Origin: a virus
Taxonomy: Duplodnaviria > Caudoviricetes
Strand: one strand, 5' to 3'
IMG/VR virus record: IMGVR_UViG_3300021256_000081
Coordinates: 1 to 64,000 of that record
DNA: 64,000 bases
Shown here: one piece after another, positions 8,281 to 18,171 of the stretch
How the letters are laid out: every line of letters starts with the position of its first letter
Numbering within the stretch: the stretch's first letter is position 1
The notes under the pieces: model-generated
The model's database searches: none
The model's input: only the letters and a program-made list of their open reading frames with translations
What the model was told of the DNA's origin: nothing
Translations under genes and position numbers: made by a program

Positions 8281-9201
8281 TTCCTCCTTACGAAGTAAAA
8301 TAAATCCCCTTCTTTCATGTTATGTGGGAATACCTTTCCTTTCTTTTGGTTATAATTTTATGATGCGCGGTAGAGCCTGATAATTTCCTATTGCGCCAAA
8401 AGCCTCTGCATGTTGTGCGGGGGCTTTATTTTTTTATTTAGTGCCGTTCGGTCCGAGAGGGTCCCCCTATTATATTATATAATATTTTATTAAATTTGTC
8501 AAGATGCGCTCTTGGAATGGAGAAACTTTCATATGACTACTTTTGGATTAGCTACGACTTAATTAGAAAGCCGTAGAGCGTTATAAAAGGCCTTCCAAGA
8601 GGCCCATATGAGGGTACAAGTTATGGTATAATATGGTACAACTTACGAACGGGTTGCGGCCAGGCCGTTAAACCGGACGGTTTTTTATTATATTTCCGTC
8701 CGGTATATGTATATACCCCACTTTATTATACCATATTTTTTATAAAAAATCAATAAAATTACGTTAAAACGCAGTCAATTTTGATTAAATATCCAGATTT
8801 TGCGGTATTTTTTGCGTTTTTTAGGTAAAACCGGGCGGTTTTTCTATCAAAAATTACGGTTTTTTTTGTAATTATAACATAAAAATTATGAAAAAGTCAA
8901 TAAAAATGTACTAAAAAGATAAAAAAAGTACAAATTTTGACACAAAATAGTACAAATTCCGTTCGGCGAGGCTAGAATTATTTAATTGTGGCAAAATATG
9001 AAGCATAGTTGCGGGAAAAGGGTTGGCATATGACGGACCGGAGTTGCGAGCTGAAAAATTCCATATGGGAGTGCCGGCCGGAAATTCGGGCCGCTCCTGC
9101 CGCCAGCGGCCCGCCATGCATGCAGGTATCATGCATGCATACACCCGGCAAACATGCATGCATGACCATGTATTAAAAAAAATAATGCATGGCGACATGC
9201 A

Positions 9202-9576
9202 TTACTTTCTGTGTGCTGTGAGTGAAACTGAATAATTCACACCGTTGTACGTAAAGTCGAAACTGCGTTCATCATTTACGATTTTGAGGTTCTCAATCTC
9301 ATCTTTCGGAAGCCCTCGAAACAAAGCGTCAATAAGATACTTTTTGTCGGGGTTATCCTTTTTGGTGCGTTTTGTAGGTGTTGCGCTTGTTTTGCGTGTT
9401 GTAGCGTTTGCGGCTTTGCGTGCGTTTTTCATCTGTTCCGCTGTCAAATCCCACGGCATTTCCTCGCCCCGATCGACTGCCTCGTCATCTTCTACGAGTT
9501 CCTCAGCCTCTTTCCGAGTGATACCCAATGCACGCATGTTTTTCTCGATAAGTGTTTCTTTCAGTTCAGGACGCAT
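9202..9576 (-). CDS. hypothetical protein, paralog family A
   Basis: Similar to 12053-12427 (TREEA..D...DxG; YsVxLTxHR C-terminus). Confidence 0.8.
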   Translation of the reverse strand: MRPELKETLIEKNMRALGITRKEAEELVEDDEAVDRGEEMPWDLTAEQMKNARKAANATTRKTSATPTKRTKKDNPDKKYLIDALFRGLPKDEIENLKIVNDERSFDFTYNGVNYSVSLTAHRK

Positions 9577-9599
9577 GTTTTACCTCTCTTTCTATAATT

Positions 9600-9628
9600 A
9601 TTATATCATAATAATTATTTTTTGTCAA
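9600..9628 (-). promoter_or_regulatory. consensus SigA promoter (representative of the cassette promoters from 8.5 to 21.4 kb)
   Basis: TTGACA-17-TATAAT. Similar elements precede most cassettes, e.g. 13850-13878, 14184-14211, 15397-15424, 17878-17905. Confidence 0.85.
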
Positions 9629-9660
9629 GGGGTGACCGAAAGGGGTTACCCCCTTTCGGC

Positions 9661-10014
9661 TCATGCTTTCGTGAAGTAAGCGATACCCTTTTCTTCGGTC
9701 TTTACAACACGACCATCGAGTTTAAGACCCCGAACGAGCGCATTGACCTTATTGATGGTAAATTCTGTGAGGAAGTCAAACTTCCCAATCTCGGAAACCC
9801 TGTAACGCTTGCCTGTTTCCATAGCGTCATAGATGGCGTTCATGAGTTCAACGTTCGCAAGCTGATTTTTAGTCGGCTTAGTAGAACGCCGAGAATTTTT
9901 AGCGGTCAAGAGTTCAACCTCATGATCGATGAATGCCACGAGGTCATTCTCTCCCTTTTCAACGAGAATCGCACGTACCTTCGCAAACTGTTCCTTTTTA
10001 GTTGTCTTTTCCAT
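9661..10014 (-). CDS. winged-helix DNA-binding protein, paralog family B
   Basis: C-terminal half nearly identical to 12493-12846. Ends TGA then GC hairpin at 9636-9659. Confidence 0.8.
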   Translation of the reverse strand: MEKTTKKEQFAKVRAILVEKGENDLVAFIDHEVELLTAKNSRRSTKPTKNQLANVELMNAIYDAMETGKRYRVSEIGKFDFLTEFTINKVNALVRGLKLDGRVVKTEEKGIAYFTKA

Positions 10015-10681
10015 AATTTATCACCTTTTACCTTTCCTTTTCTATAATAATTTTATCATGGATTTTTATTTTTGTCAATACCTTTTGTTGATTTTTGTAA
10101 GGTTTTTTCTTTCACCGTCCTTCCCTTCCTTACAATTCTATGATAGCACTTTTTAGAATGGCTGTCAATAGTTTTTTTAAGAGATTTTAGATTTTTTTTA
10201 TTTCTTTTTCCTTATCCCTTACAATTATTATTATACTGATTTTTTTATAAAAAACAACATACAGATTTGCAAAATTGTTGCTTGACAAATCGAAAAATCT
10301 GTGATCCAGAAAAAGAGGGTACGGCGCCCGGTATTTTAAAAGTTAGGCTTGACAAACTTCCGGGAATGTGCGTCCAGGGTGTCAAGTGCCTATTTTGGTA
10401 AAAAAAATTACCGTATCTGACACTTGACAAAAAACCGGTCGTTGCTGCAAGCCCGCGCGCCAACGACCGGCGGACATGCATGCATGGAAGTTCATTCCAA
10501 AAGAAAACATGCATGCAATCAGTCTGCAAGCATGTTCTTTAACTTCCTGCGGAAGGCACGCCGAGCACGCACCTTTTCAGCGTGCCATGCATGCGGGTTG
10601 TTCTTAACCCAACACGCAAACCTGCGCGCAAACTTATCTTCGAAAGTTGCTTTTTTGTGAATGTTGCTCTTGGTCATTTTA

Positions 10682-11371
10682 TCACCCCCTTGCAAAGCAC
10701 AAGCGATTCATTTTCTTGTGCTTTGCGAAACAGTATGCGAGAATGTCTTTCTCAATCATTACATCTTCAAGCCCTGTGTGCGATTCCTTGAAATCCTTTT
10801 CGCCTGTGATGAAGCGGTAGATAATTTCAGCGGTGAGCCGTGGTTGTCCTGTTTTTGTGAGGTAGCCATTTTCTACACAATACTTTTGGTAGGTCGGCAT
10901 GCATGCAATTACATCACGAGCCATGCGCAGAGTATCGCAGATTTCAATTCCGTAAGGGAAGAAAAAGCGGAACTTTGATTTTGTAATGTATCTTTGCGTA
11001 TTGTTCAGAGAACCATAGTCGAAACGCATGTTGTGAGCGTAAATTTCTTTTACGTTGTATTCATGCATGTCGTCAAGCAGAGTTTTTCTGATTGAGTACA
11101 TGCTTGCAAGTTTCCGCTCTCCGCTCTTGATTTCCTTTTCGTACTGCGGAAGTTTTTTTGCATAGTACGCAGATTTCATGAGCGTTTTTTCTCCAAGATA
11201 CACATCAGCATTAACAAATGATCGAGTTTTATAAACATTGCCCCTTTTATCGACAATCGCATAACCGACATCATAGACAAGCATGTTATAAGGCGAAACA
11301 CCTTCAAAATCCTTATCAAGCGGACATGTTTCTGTATCAAGCACGATTCTGTAATTAATTCTTTTATCCAT
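10682..11371 (-). CDS. DEDDh 3'-5' exonuclease (DnaQ-like)
   Basis: LDTET...AHNMRFD...CDT...HTGLEDV motifs. Confidence 0.85.
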   Translation of the reverse strand: MDKRINYRIVLDTETCPLDKDFEGVSPYNMLVYDVGYAIVDKRGNVYKTRSFVNADVYLGEKTLMKSAYYAKKLPQYEKEIKSGERKLASMYSIRKTLLDDMHEYNVKEIYAHNMRFDYGSLNNTQRYITKSKFRFFFPYGIEICDTLRMARDVIACMPTYQKYCVENGYLTKTGQPRLTAEIIYRFITGEKDFKESHTGLEDVMIEKDILAYCFAKHKKMNRLCFARG

Positions 11372-11417
11372 TTTCTATCACCTCACATGTATTATTATAG
11401 CAGATTTACAGAAAAGG

Positions 11418-11756
11418 TCAAGCCTTTTCTGTAAAAATTTCTGCAATTTCGTTCGCCTGTTCATAAATGGCAGGAAGTACCCTTTCCATGAGGTAACACA
11501 ATTCTTCCTCATTCTTGAAAGCGATTTCTTCCGCCGCATTGTCGGCTCCCTTATCATACGCAAACAGGGCGAAATGCGTAAATTCATGAATCAGGGTACG
11601 CTTCAACATGTGTTTCGGCATGTTGTTCGCAATGTAAATTTCACCTTCCGTGAAATAGGTCATTCCATGCGCGCCGTCAAGTTTTTTATGATTCGGCTTC
11701 ACATAGAAAACATCAACATCGTAAGCGTTAAAGGTTGCATAGGTCTTTTTCATCAT
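11418..11756 (-). CDS. HExxH zinc metallopeptidase-like protein (ImmA/IrrE-like)
   Basis: TLIHEFTH...EE. Start chosen after the AAAGGGGAG SD. Confidence 0.7.
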   Translation of the reverse strand: MMKKTYATFNAYDVDVFYVKPNHKKLDGAHGMTYFTEGEIYIANNMPKHMLKRTLIHEFTHFALFAYDKGADNAAEEIAFKNEEELCYLMERVLPAIYEQANEIAEIFTEKA

Positions 11757-12052
11757 GGGGCATCTCCCCCTTTCTTCTCTTAAATTATAAGCCCAAGCAG
11801 AAAAAAATGCAATAGACAATTTCAAAAAATTGTAAAGTTTTTGTGTAGGGTACGCGATCCGGAATTTCAGGACATGCGTGCATGCGTTGTCAAGTGTCAA
11901 ATTCGTCAAAAAAATTACCAGATCAGGCACTTGACAAAATCCCGGCCGTGGCGGGGTACCCTACGGGTCGCACACGGCCGGCCATGCATGCATGGGCATG
12001 CAAGCATGGAAACATGCATTAAAAAAAATCCTGCATGCATGCAGGATTCTTC

Positions 12053-12427
12053 TCACGCCTTGGGCGCGCGGTGCTTGGTGAGCTTCACAGTGTAGGCTTC
12101 ACCTGCATGAATGAAGGAGATTTCTGCTTCATTCTTCACTGCAGTAATTTCAACCTCACCTGCGAGCATGGCACGAATCTTTTCGAAGATTTCTGCCTTA
12201 TTCGCATCGACCTTGCGCTCACGCTTTACAGCGCGCTTTTCAGTCGGCGCCTTGTCCGCCTTAGTAAGCGAGCGAATCAGCTTTTTCTGTTCCGCGGTAG
12301 GCGCGCCCTTTTCCTTGTCGCCGTGGTCGATGTCATAGTCCCATGCGAGAATGTCAAGTGCTTCCTCACGCGTGCAGTGATTGCACTGCATCTGATGCTG
12401 AATTTCCTTTTCGGTAAACTGCTTCAA
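12053..12427 (-). CDS. hypothetical protein, paralog family A
   Basis: Paralog of 9202-9576. TTG start after AGGAAGGTGAT, ends TGA. Confidence 0.75.
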   Translation of the reverse strand: MKQFTEKEIQHQMQCNHCTREEALDILAWDYDIDHGDKEKGAPTAEQKKLIRSLTKADKAPTEKRAVKRERKVDANKAEIFEKIRAMLAGEVEITAVKNEAEISFIHAGEAYTVKLTKHRAPKA

Positions 12428-12492
12428 TTTTATCACCTTCCTTTCAGTTCATGCAGGCATGGCAGAGGGCTTGCGCCCCCTGCATGCATACC

Positions 12493-12846
12493 TCAAGCCT
12501 TGGTGAAGTAGGCAATGCCCTTCACTTCAGACTTGACAACGCGACCATCGAGCTTGAGACCGCGGACAAGTGCATTCACCTTGTTAATGGTGTAGTCAGC
12601 GAGGAAATCGAACTTGCCGATTTCAGACACGCGGTACTGCTTACCTGCCTGCATGGAATCGTAAATCCGATTCATGAGTTCAACGTTGGCAAGCTGATTC
12701 TTGGTCGGCTTGGTGTTGCGCCGTGCATTCTTGGCATCGGTCTGCGCGATACGAGAATCCACGAAATCCACGAGGTCAGTGCGACCTGCATCAACAGCGA
12801 GAGCGCGAAGAGCGAGATAGTTGTCCTTAACAGTAATCTTAGTCAT
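12493..12846 (-). CDS. winged-helix DNA-binding protein, paralog family B
   Basis: KPTKNQLANVELMN...INKVNALVRGLKLDGRVVK..KGIAYFTKA shared with 9661-10014. Confidence 0.8.
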   Translation of the reverse strand: MTKITVKDNYLALRALAVDAGRTDLVDFVDSRIAQTDAKNARRNTKPTKNQLANVELMNRIYDSMQAGKQYRVSEIGKFDFLADYTINKVNALVRGLKLDGRVVKSEVKGIAYFTKA

Positions 12847-13353
12847 AGTTTATCACCTTTCCTTTTCTATAATAATTATACTAAAGATTTTTTAAGATTT
12901 CAAATATTCAGTTTTCAAAGAGCACTTGATGCGAGCGGTTGGTCAGTGGGTGGCGCCGTTCCCTTTCCCTTTCCGCATTATTATAATATCATGAAAATCG
13001 GTTTCATGCTGAAAACTTTATGAAAATTTTATGAAAGTTTTTTTGAAAAAAATTGGCTCTTGACAAAAAAATTTTTTGTGCTTAGAACATTTTACCACTT
13101 TTGGCACTTGACAAACAGATGTAGGGTACGCGGATCAAAAATAGGGTACGCGGTTCCGGGAGTCCATGCATGCATACAACATGCATGCAAGTCGCGAAAA
13201 AAATTCACATGCATGCATGCCCTCAAAAATCGCGGCGTTCCAGCATACTGCGTCTGGGAACGCCGCGCCATGCATGCATGGTTAATGCATGTAAAGGAAA
13301 AAACCTGCATGCAGGTTTTTCCGTAAGAAAGGAGGACACATTTTTGGATTAAG

Positions 13354-13425
13354 TCCGCTCAGAGGGATTTGAACCCTCACCCCATCGATTAAGAGTCGAT
13401 TGCGCTACCGTTGCGCCATGAGCGG
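13354..13425 (-). tRNA. tRNA-Lys(CTT), CCA not encoded
   Basis: CCGCTCA/TGAGCGG acceptor, GCGC D-stem, ATCGA-CTCTTAA-TCGAT anticodon arm, GAGGG-TTCAAAT-CCCTC T-arm. Confidence 0.9.
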
Positions 13426-13455
13426 AGAAGGGGAAGGGGCTTTCGCCCCTTCGGA

Positions 13456-13815
13456 CTACTCGGCTTCGTCCTCGTCCTCAGCGATTGCGGAGAAGACAGT
13501 TGCCTTTCCGTCCTTCGCCTTGGCGATTTCGCCTGCATCAACCATCTGCTTGAGCAGAGCAGAAGCCTTCTGACAGGAGATTCCGACAACGTTGCCAACC
13601 TCAGTGGCAGTCAGTGCCTTTTCAGCACCTGCGAGAGCGTCAGCGATGGTCGCCTTGATTCCCTCGTTTTCCTTCTGAGCCTTGGTCAGACCCTTGCGAG
13701 CAGTCGCCTTCCGAACGCTCTTGAGCGCACGCTCCTTGAGGAACTCGAAGTCTTCAGCAGTCAGACCCTCGAATGCGATTCCGTTGATTCTTTCCTTGAT
13801 TGTAACCTTTTCCAT
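13456..13815 (-). CDS. winged-helix DNA-binding protein, paralog family B
   Basis: LTATEVGNVVGISCQKASALLKQMVDAGEI HTH, N-terminus similar to 679-1008. Confidence 0.8.
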   Translation of the reverse strand: MEKVTIKERINGIAFEGLTAEDFEFLKERALKSVRKATARKGLTKAQKENEGIKATIADALAGAEKALTATEVGNVVGISCQKASALLKQMVDAGEIAKAKDGKATVFSAIAEDEDEAE

Positions 13816-14019
13816 TTTCATCACCTTTTACCTTTCCTTTTGTGATTTCATTATAGCACCGATTTGGCTCAGTGTCAAGCCCCCTTTTCAGATTTTTTTA
13901 CCGCAATTCTTTTTTTTCTTGCGAACCAAGTAGGCACTGTCGATTGGGCTTTCAGTCGTTCCTATCTCTTGGTAATTCTATTGTAGCACTTTTGTTGTAG
14001 GTTGTCAATACTTTTTGAA

Positions 14020-14175
14020 GATTTTTTTGAGAGTTCCTGTTCTACTCTCTGCGTAGGATACGCGTCCCCTACTCAAGCCATCGGAGAACTATTGTTTTTT
14101 TGGTTGGTGGGAGTCGCTCCGAGGACTCTTAACGTCACACCCTAACGGGTTTGTGGGGTTTTCCTTCCCCTCTTT
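14020..14175 (-). ncRNA. candidate structured RNA (ORF-less cassette)
   Basis: Promoter 14184-14211, GC-rich hairpins (GAGTC..GACTC, GCGTA..TACGC, GTTCT..AGAAC), no ORF. Confidence 0.4.
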
Positions 14176-14242
14176 ACACTTTTATTATAGCACCTTTTGG
14201 CTATCTGTCAAGTGTTTTTTTAATTTTTTTTGTAAAGATTTT

Positions 14243-14369
14243 TTCAGCGTAGGATTTGAACCTACTTTTACACCTAATCCGATCACCAACCAAGGTCTGA
14301 ATGTGGGGAGAGAACCGAGTCGAACGGTTATCAGGTCTGCCTGAGTGTTACCCACCGTGGGACATCCCC
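14243..14369 (-). ncRNA. two tandem tRNA-like elements lacking a normal anticodon arm
   Basis: T-arms AACCG-TTCGACT-CGGTT (14313-14329) and GTAGG-TTCAAAT-CCTAC (14249-14265), each followed by a strand partly pairing with its 5' end. Own promoter at about 14384-14411. Confidence 0.55.
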
Positions 14370-14622
14370 TCTTTACAATTATTATTATACGCTTATTTTT
14401 TAAAAAATCAACAAATTCCGCATTTTCACACAATTTCACATAAATAGGGTACGCGCCCCGGGTTTTGGGAAAACATGCATGCAGATCACATGCATGCAAG
14501 CCCGGCGGTTTTTTTACCATTCATGCATGGCGCTGAAATTCGGCCGCCCTAGCGCACAATGAGCGAGGGCGGCGCGCCCATGCAAGCATGGAACATGCAT
14601 GCAAACCAAAAGAAAAGATACC

Positions 14623-14832
14623 TTAATAGGTATCCAATCCCATCATTTCAGCCTCAGCCTGTCCGACCCGACCATAGCACTTCAGAATCTCTTTTGGAAA
14701 ATTTTCCTTTGCGATTTTCATGGCACACTTTTTCGCCCTATCCATAGGAACATTGACTTCTACGAAGAATTCTTCTCCGCAAAGATCGCTATTTTCATCT
14801 TCGATACCGAACCACCATGTTGTTGTATTCAT
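14623..14832 (-). CDS. hypothetical protein
   Basis: Cassette with promoter and SD. Confidence 0.75.
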   Translation of the reverse strand: MNTTTWWFGIEDENSDLCGEEFFVEVNVPMDRAKKCAMKIAKENFPKEILKCYGRVGQAEAEMMGLDTY

Positions 14833-14881
14833 TTATTTTTCCTCTCTTTCTATAATTATTATAACAGATTTTTTTTAATTG

Positions 14882-15094
14882 TCAACAGTAATCTTCTATA
14901 ATATCGTTAAGAAGTATAAATGCGGTGTAGATATCTGCGGGGGTATAATCTGCCTCATTAAAAGTAAGTTTTCTTACTTTGGTATCCACTACCATTGAAT
15001 CCATTTCCTCTAAAATGGCTCGAGCATCATACAGAGCTTTCAATTCATTTTCGCTGAAATCAATTTTTACTTCTGTTCTAGTAGTGTATTTCAT
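14882..15094 (-). CDS. hypothetical protein
   Basis: MKYTTRTEV..., its TGA stop lies inside the next cassette's TTGACA. Confidence 0.7.
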   Translation of the reverse strand: MKYTTRTEVKIDFSENELKALYDARAILEEMDSMVVDTKVRKLTFNEADYTPADIYTAFILLNDIIEDYC

Positions 15095-15126
15095 TTTTAT
15101 CTCTCTCTTTCTATAATTATTATAAC

Positions 15127-15372
15127 TCACTTGTATAGCAATGTCAAGAAGTAAATATTCAAAACTACACTTGAAAGATGCATCAGCAGGTCATTAATGT
15201 GTCTGCGGTTTGTGAGGTCTTTCACAACCCCAAACAACGCAATCGTAAGACCAAACCAAGAGACAGATAGACCAAACATCATAATCAATACAACATTCAA
15301 AATCTGAATACTTGCGCGCAGGTCATTCCATTCAAATTTATAAGATTCTGTAATTCCGAAAAATTCCTTCAT
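15127..15372 (-). CDS. membrane protein
   Basis: Several hydrophobic segments, cassette promoter. Confidence 0.75.
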   Translation of the reverse strand: MKEFFGITESYKFEWNDLRASIQILNVVLIMMFGLSVSWFGLTIALFGVVKDLTNRRHINDLLMHLSSVVLNIYFLTLLYK

Positions 15373-15518
15373 TGTTGCCCCCCTTATTACAATACTATTA
15401 TAACTCCTCTATTGGATTTGTCAAGAGTTTTAATAAAATAATTTTTTCACAAATAGATCCTCCCGGGCGCATGCATGCATGGTAACTGCGCCAAAAGAAA
15501 AGCGGATTTTTAATCCGC

Positions 15519-15923
15519 TCATGCATTCAGAATCGCTTCGAATACTTCAATCTGTTTTTTCTTTTCCGCGATTTTCTGCTCCTTCTGCTTAATCTGATAC
15601 TTGATGGTCTGAATGTCATCATACAGTCCCTCTACCTCTTTACACAGAGATTCCTTCAACTGCTTGATGAAATCCGTATTAACTTCGTAGAAGTAACGAG
15701 TACCGACAATCTTTTTGCCGTAATCATCGCGAGTGATGAAATCTTCTTCACGCACCTTTTTAACCATGATGTTTTCGCGGTTAGTGTTGCAAACTCTTGA
15801 AGCACAATAGCAGTTACCTTCCGAACCGAGTTTCTGCTGATAATCACGAGCGCAGAACTCCTTGGAGCCGAATGCCTGCTGAATTGCATTTACAGTGTTA
15901 ATCATTTTAGCGTAGTCTTTCAT
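15519..15923 (-). CDS. hypothetical protein with C-terminal coiled coil
   Basis: ORF track, cassette promoter and SD. Confidence 0.75.
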   Translation of the reverse strand: MKDYAKMINTVNAIQQAFGSKEFCARDYQQKLGSEGNCYCASRVCNTNRENIMVKKVREEDFITRDDYGKKIVGTRYFYEVNTDFIKQLKESLCKEVEGLYDDIQTIKYQIKQKEQKIAEKKKQIEVFEAILNA

Positions 15924-16054
15924 GTTTTCTTACCTCTCTCTTTACAATTATTATTATACGGATTTTCAAAATAAAGTCAATAGTTTTTTCAAAAATTTTT
16001 AAGTTAATTTTTTCACAAGCAGATCTTCCGGGTGACATGCACGCATGAAAAAAA

Positions 16055-16465
16055 TCAACCCCACAGAATTGCAGGATTGATTGCGGTACCTCTCCAAGAG
16101 TTCCGAATCGGTTCAGAATCATCAATCAGAATTGCATTTTCAGAACCTTTCAGATTTTTATTGTGTCCATAGACTTTGTAAATGCGTTTTGTGATTGAAG
16201 GGAAGAACCTATCGAGCCAAGCATCTTTCTGAGCCTGAACGTTTTTGCAGTATTCTTCAGATGCTCCAAGCGGTGTCATGGACAGCACTTTAATTTCGTA
16301 TTTGTCTTTTGGAAAACATGCAAGCAGGGTTTCTTCACTGATGAGCGGTTTGCACTCAAGGAAGATTTTTTCGTCAGATTCACGCAGACGAGGAAGCCAA
16401 TTTTCGATTCCGTACAGGTCTGCGATTGTTCCGTCCATGTCAAGATACACATTGATTTTTTTCAT
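16055..16465 (-). CDS. HAD-superfamily 5'(3')-deoxyribonucleotidase-like protein
   Basis: YLDMDGTIAD...VLS...K..W...K...ILIDDS motifs. Confidence 0.8.
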   Translation of the reverse strand: MKKINVYLDMDGTIADLYGIENWLPRLRESDEKIFLECKPLISEETLLACFPKDKYEIKVLSMTPLGASEEYCKNVQAQKDAWLDRFFPSITKRIYKVYGHNKNLKGSENAILIDDSEPIRNSWRGTAINPAILWG

Positions 16466-16512
16466 TTCCTTACCTCTCTTACATGTTTATTATAACAGAT
16501 ATTTCTTTATTG

Positions 16513-16797
16513 TCAAGCCATTAAAGAAACATTTTGCGCTTTTTCCAAAAGATCAATCAATTTATCGGCGTCTGTGGGTTCTTCCACATTCTCAATTTCG
16601 AGAATTTCTGTAACCCTTTCAAACAATTCTCGACTAACCGCTTTCAAACCCTCAATATTATTTACCGCAAAATTAGTTGCCTGTTCTTGAGTCATTCCGA
16701 AACCCTGCGCGGTGGTGCAAAAAATTGCACATGCCGCTTTCAAGTTTTCATCCATAATGCTTTTTGCCTGCGCCCAAGTAATTGTGTCGTTTTTCAT
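16513..16797 (-). CDS. hypothetical protein
   Basis: ORF track, cassette. Confidence 0.75.
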   Translation of the reverse strand: MKNDTITWAQAKSIMDENLKAACAIFCTTAQGFGMTQEQATNFAVNNIEGLKAVSRELFERVTEILEIENVEEPTDADKLIDLLEKAQNVSLMA

Positions 16798-17033
16798 TTT
16801 TCTTTACCTCTCTTTACGTATTCATTATAGCACCTGCGCCGTTGGGCTGTCAAGGTTTCGGGAGAAAATAATTTATAAAAAATTTTTAAAAAATCGCTTG
16901 ACAAATTTGCGTTTGTGTGGTACGCCGAAAAAACCGACCCGCGCGGGCCACCTCCGGTCGCAGGCGGGCGGCCGCACATGCAAGCATGAATCCAAAAATA
17001 AAACGAAAATAAAAATCATGCAAGCATGATTTT

Positions 17034-17189
17034 CTATTTTGATTTTGAAATGTCCTGCTGGAGCGATTCATTTTCTGATTCTAATTCCGCAATACGAAAT
17101 TTCAGATTGCGGATTTCATCTTTCGCATCCATAAAATTCTGTCTCCAGATTTCCGCCATGTCGATAGTGTCTTTTTCTTCTTCAAACAT
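17034..17189 (-). CDS. small coiled-coil protein (51 aa)
   Basis: MFEEEKDTIDMAEIWRQNF..., AGAGAGGTAA SD. Confidence 0.65.
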   Translation of the reverse strand: MFEEEKDTIDMAEIWRQNFMDAKDEIRNLKFRIAELESENESLQQDISKSK

Positions 17190-17242
17190 AACTTTACCTC
17201 TCTTTACATAATTATTATAACATTATTTTTTTAAAAAGTAAA

Positions 17243-17653
17243 TCACTGCAAGCAAGCAGTGATTTCTTTGTTCCATGCATCCATGTCGGTCATGTTGTAG
17301 TAGGCAATCGCCCAATCAGTAGCGACCATTTCGACCTGTTCGTAAAAGTGTTCATTTGCTTTCACGCATGCATGCTGACTTTTTCGCACTTCCTCTTGAT
17401 CGAAATATTCGAGGGTGTAGTGATGTCCGAGTTCATGCAGAACGGAGAGAGAGAACCAATTTTCATGAGTGAGGTCAAAATTGAATTCCTTTTTGAGGAA
17501 CTTTTTCCAATCAAGATTATCGAGGTAACCCTCATTAATGTTAATCTCGATTGCGTTGTCGCCCCAATGATACATGAAGGTATCACCTGCGATGATACTG
17601 CAATCATGCCCAATCATGTCGCCAACGACTTTCACCAATCTTTTAACATCCAT
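17243..17653 (-). CDS. HExxH zinc metallopeptidase-like protein
   Basis: LHELGHHYT...VEMVATDWA. Confidence 0.7.
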   Translation of the reverse strand: MDVKRLVKVVGDMIGHDCSIIAGDTFMYHWGDNAIEININEGYLDNLDWKKFLKKEFNFDLTHENWFSLSVLHELGHHYTLEYFDQEEVRKSQHACVKANEHFYEQVEMVATDWAIAYYNMTDMDAWNKEITACLQ

Positions 17654-17696
17654 AAGGATTACCTCTCTTTCTATAATAATTGTATCATAATTTTTT

Positions 17697-17852
17697 TTAG
17701 TTGTCAATACGGTTTCTGCCGATGTACTGAATGTTATCCATTACATAGCAGGCACCGAAGTTGTCAGCGAGATCCATCCACGCTTCATCCTCTGTTTCTT
17801 TCATCATTGTGATTGTTGCGCCTGTGCAGGTATCATAGAATGTGTATGTCAT
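17697..17852 (-). CDS. hypothetical protein (51 aa)
   Basis: MTYTFYDTCTGATI..., promoter and AAGGAG SD. Confidence 0.65.
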   Translation of the reverse strand: MTYTFYDTCTGATITMMKETEDEAWMDLADNFGACYVMDNIQYIGRNRIDN

Positions 17853-17925
17853 AATCTTATCTCCTTTTTACAATTTTATTATAGCACGCTCTTGGATTTT
17901 GTCAAGCCCTTTTGAGGGAATTTTT

Positions 17926-18105
17926 TTAAATTCCCTCTGAGAGCATTTCCCACTCTTCGCGAGTATTGCAAGAGTAGGAAGCCCAGCCGTAAGGCTCCTC
18001 GAGGATGTCGGCATACTTGAAGCCGCCGTCCTCGTACCAGATGGCACCGCCTGCCTTAACAGCGAATACCGTGCAGTATGCGGCAATCAGATCCATGTGT
18101 TCCAT
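17926..18105 (-). CDS. hypothetical protein (59 aa)
   Basis: MEHMDLIAAYCTVF..., promoter and SD. Confidence 0.65.
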   Translation of the reverse strand: MEHMDLIAAYCTVFAVKAGGAIWYEDGGFKYADILEEPYGWASYSCNTREEWEMLSEGI

Positions 18106-18171
18106 AACTTTTACCTCTCTCTCTTCCCTTATAATATAGCACCTTTTGGCTTGCCTGTCAAGAGGGTTTTT

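Noticed and set aside
14304-14369. Suppressor tRNA-Trp/Sec with a TCA anticodon
   Set aside because: The TCA triplet lies in a stem (TCAGG/CCTGA), not in a 7-nt anticodon loop.
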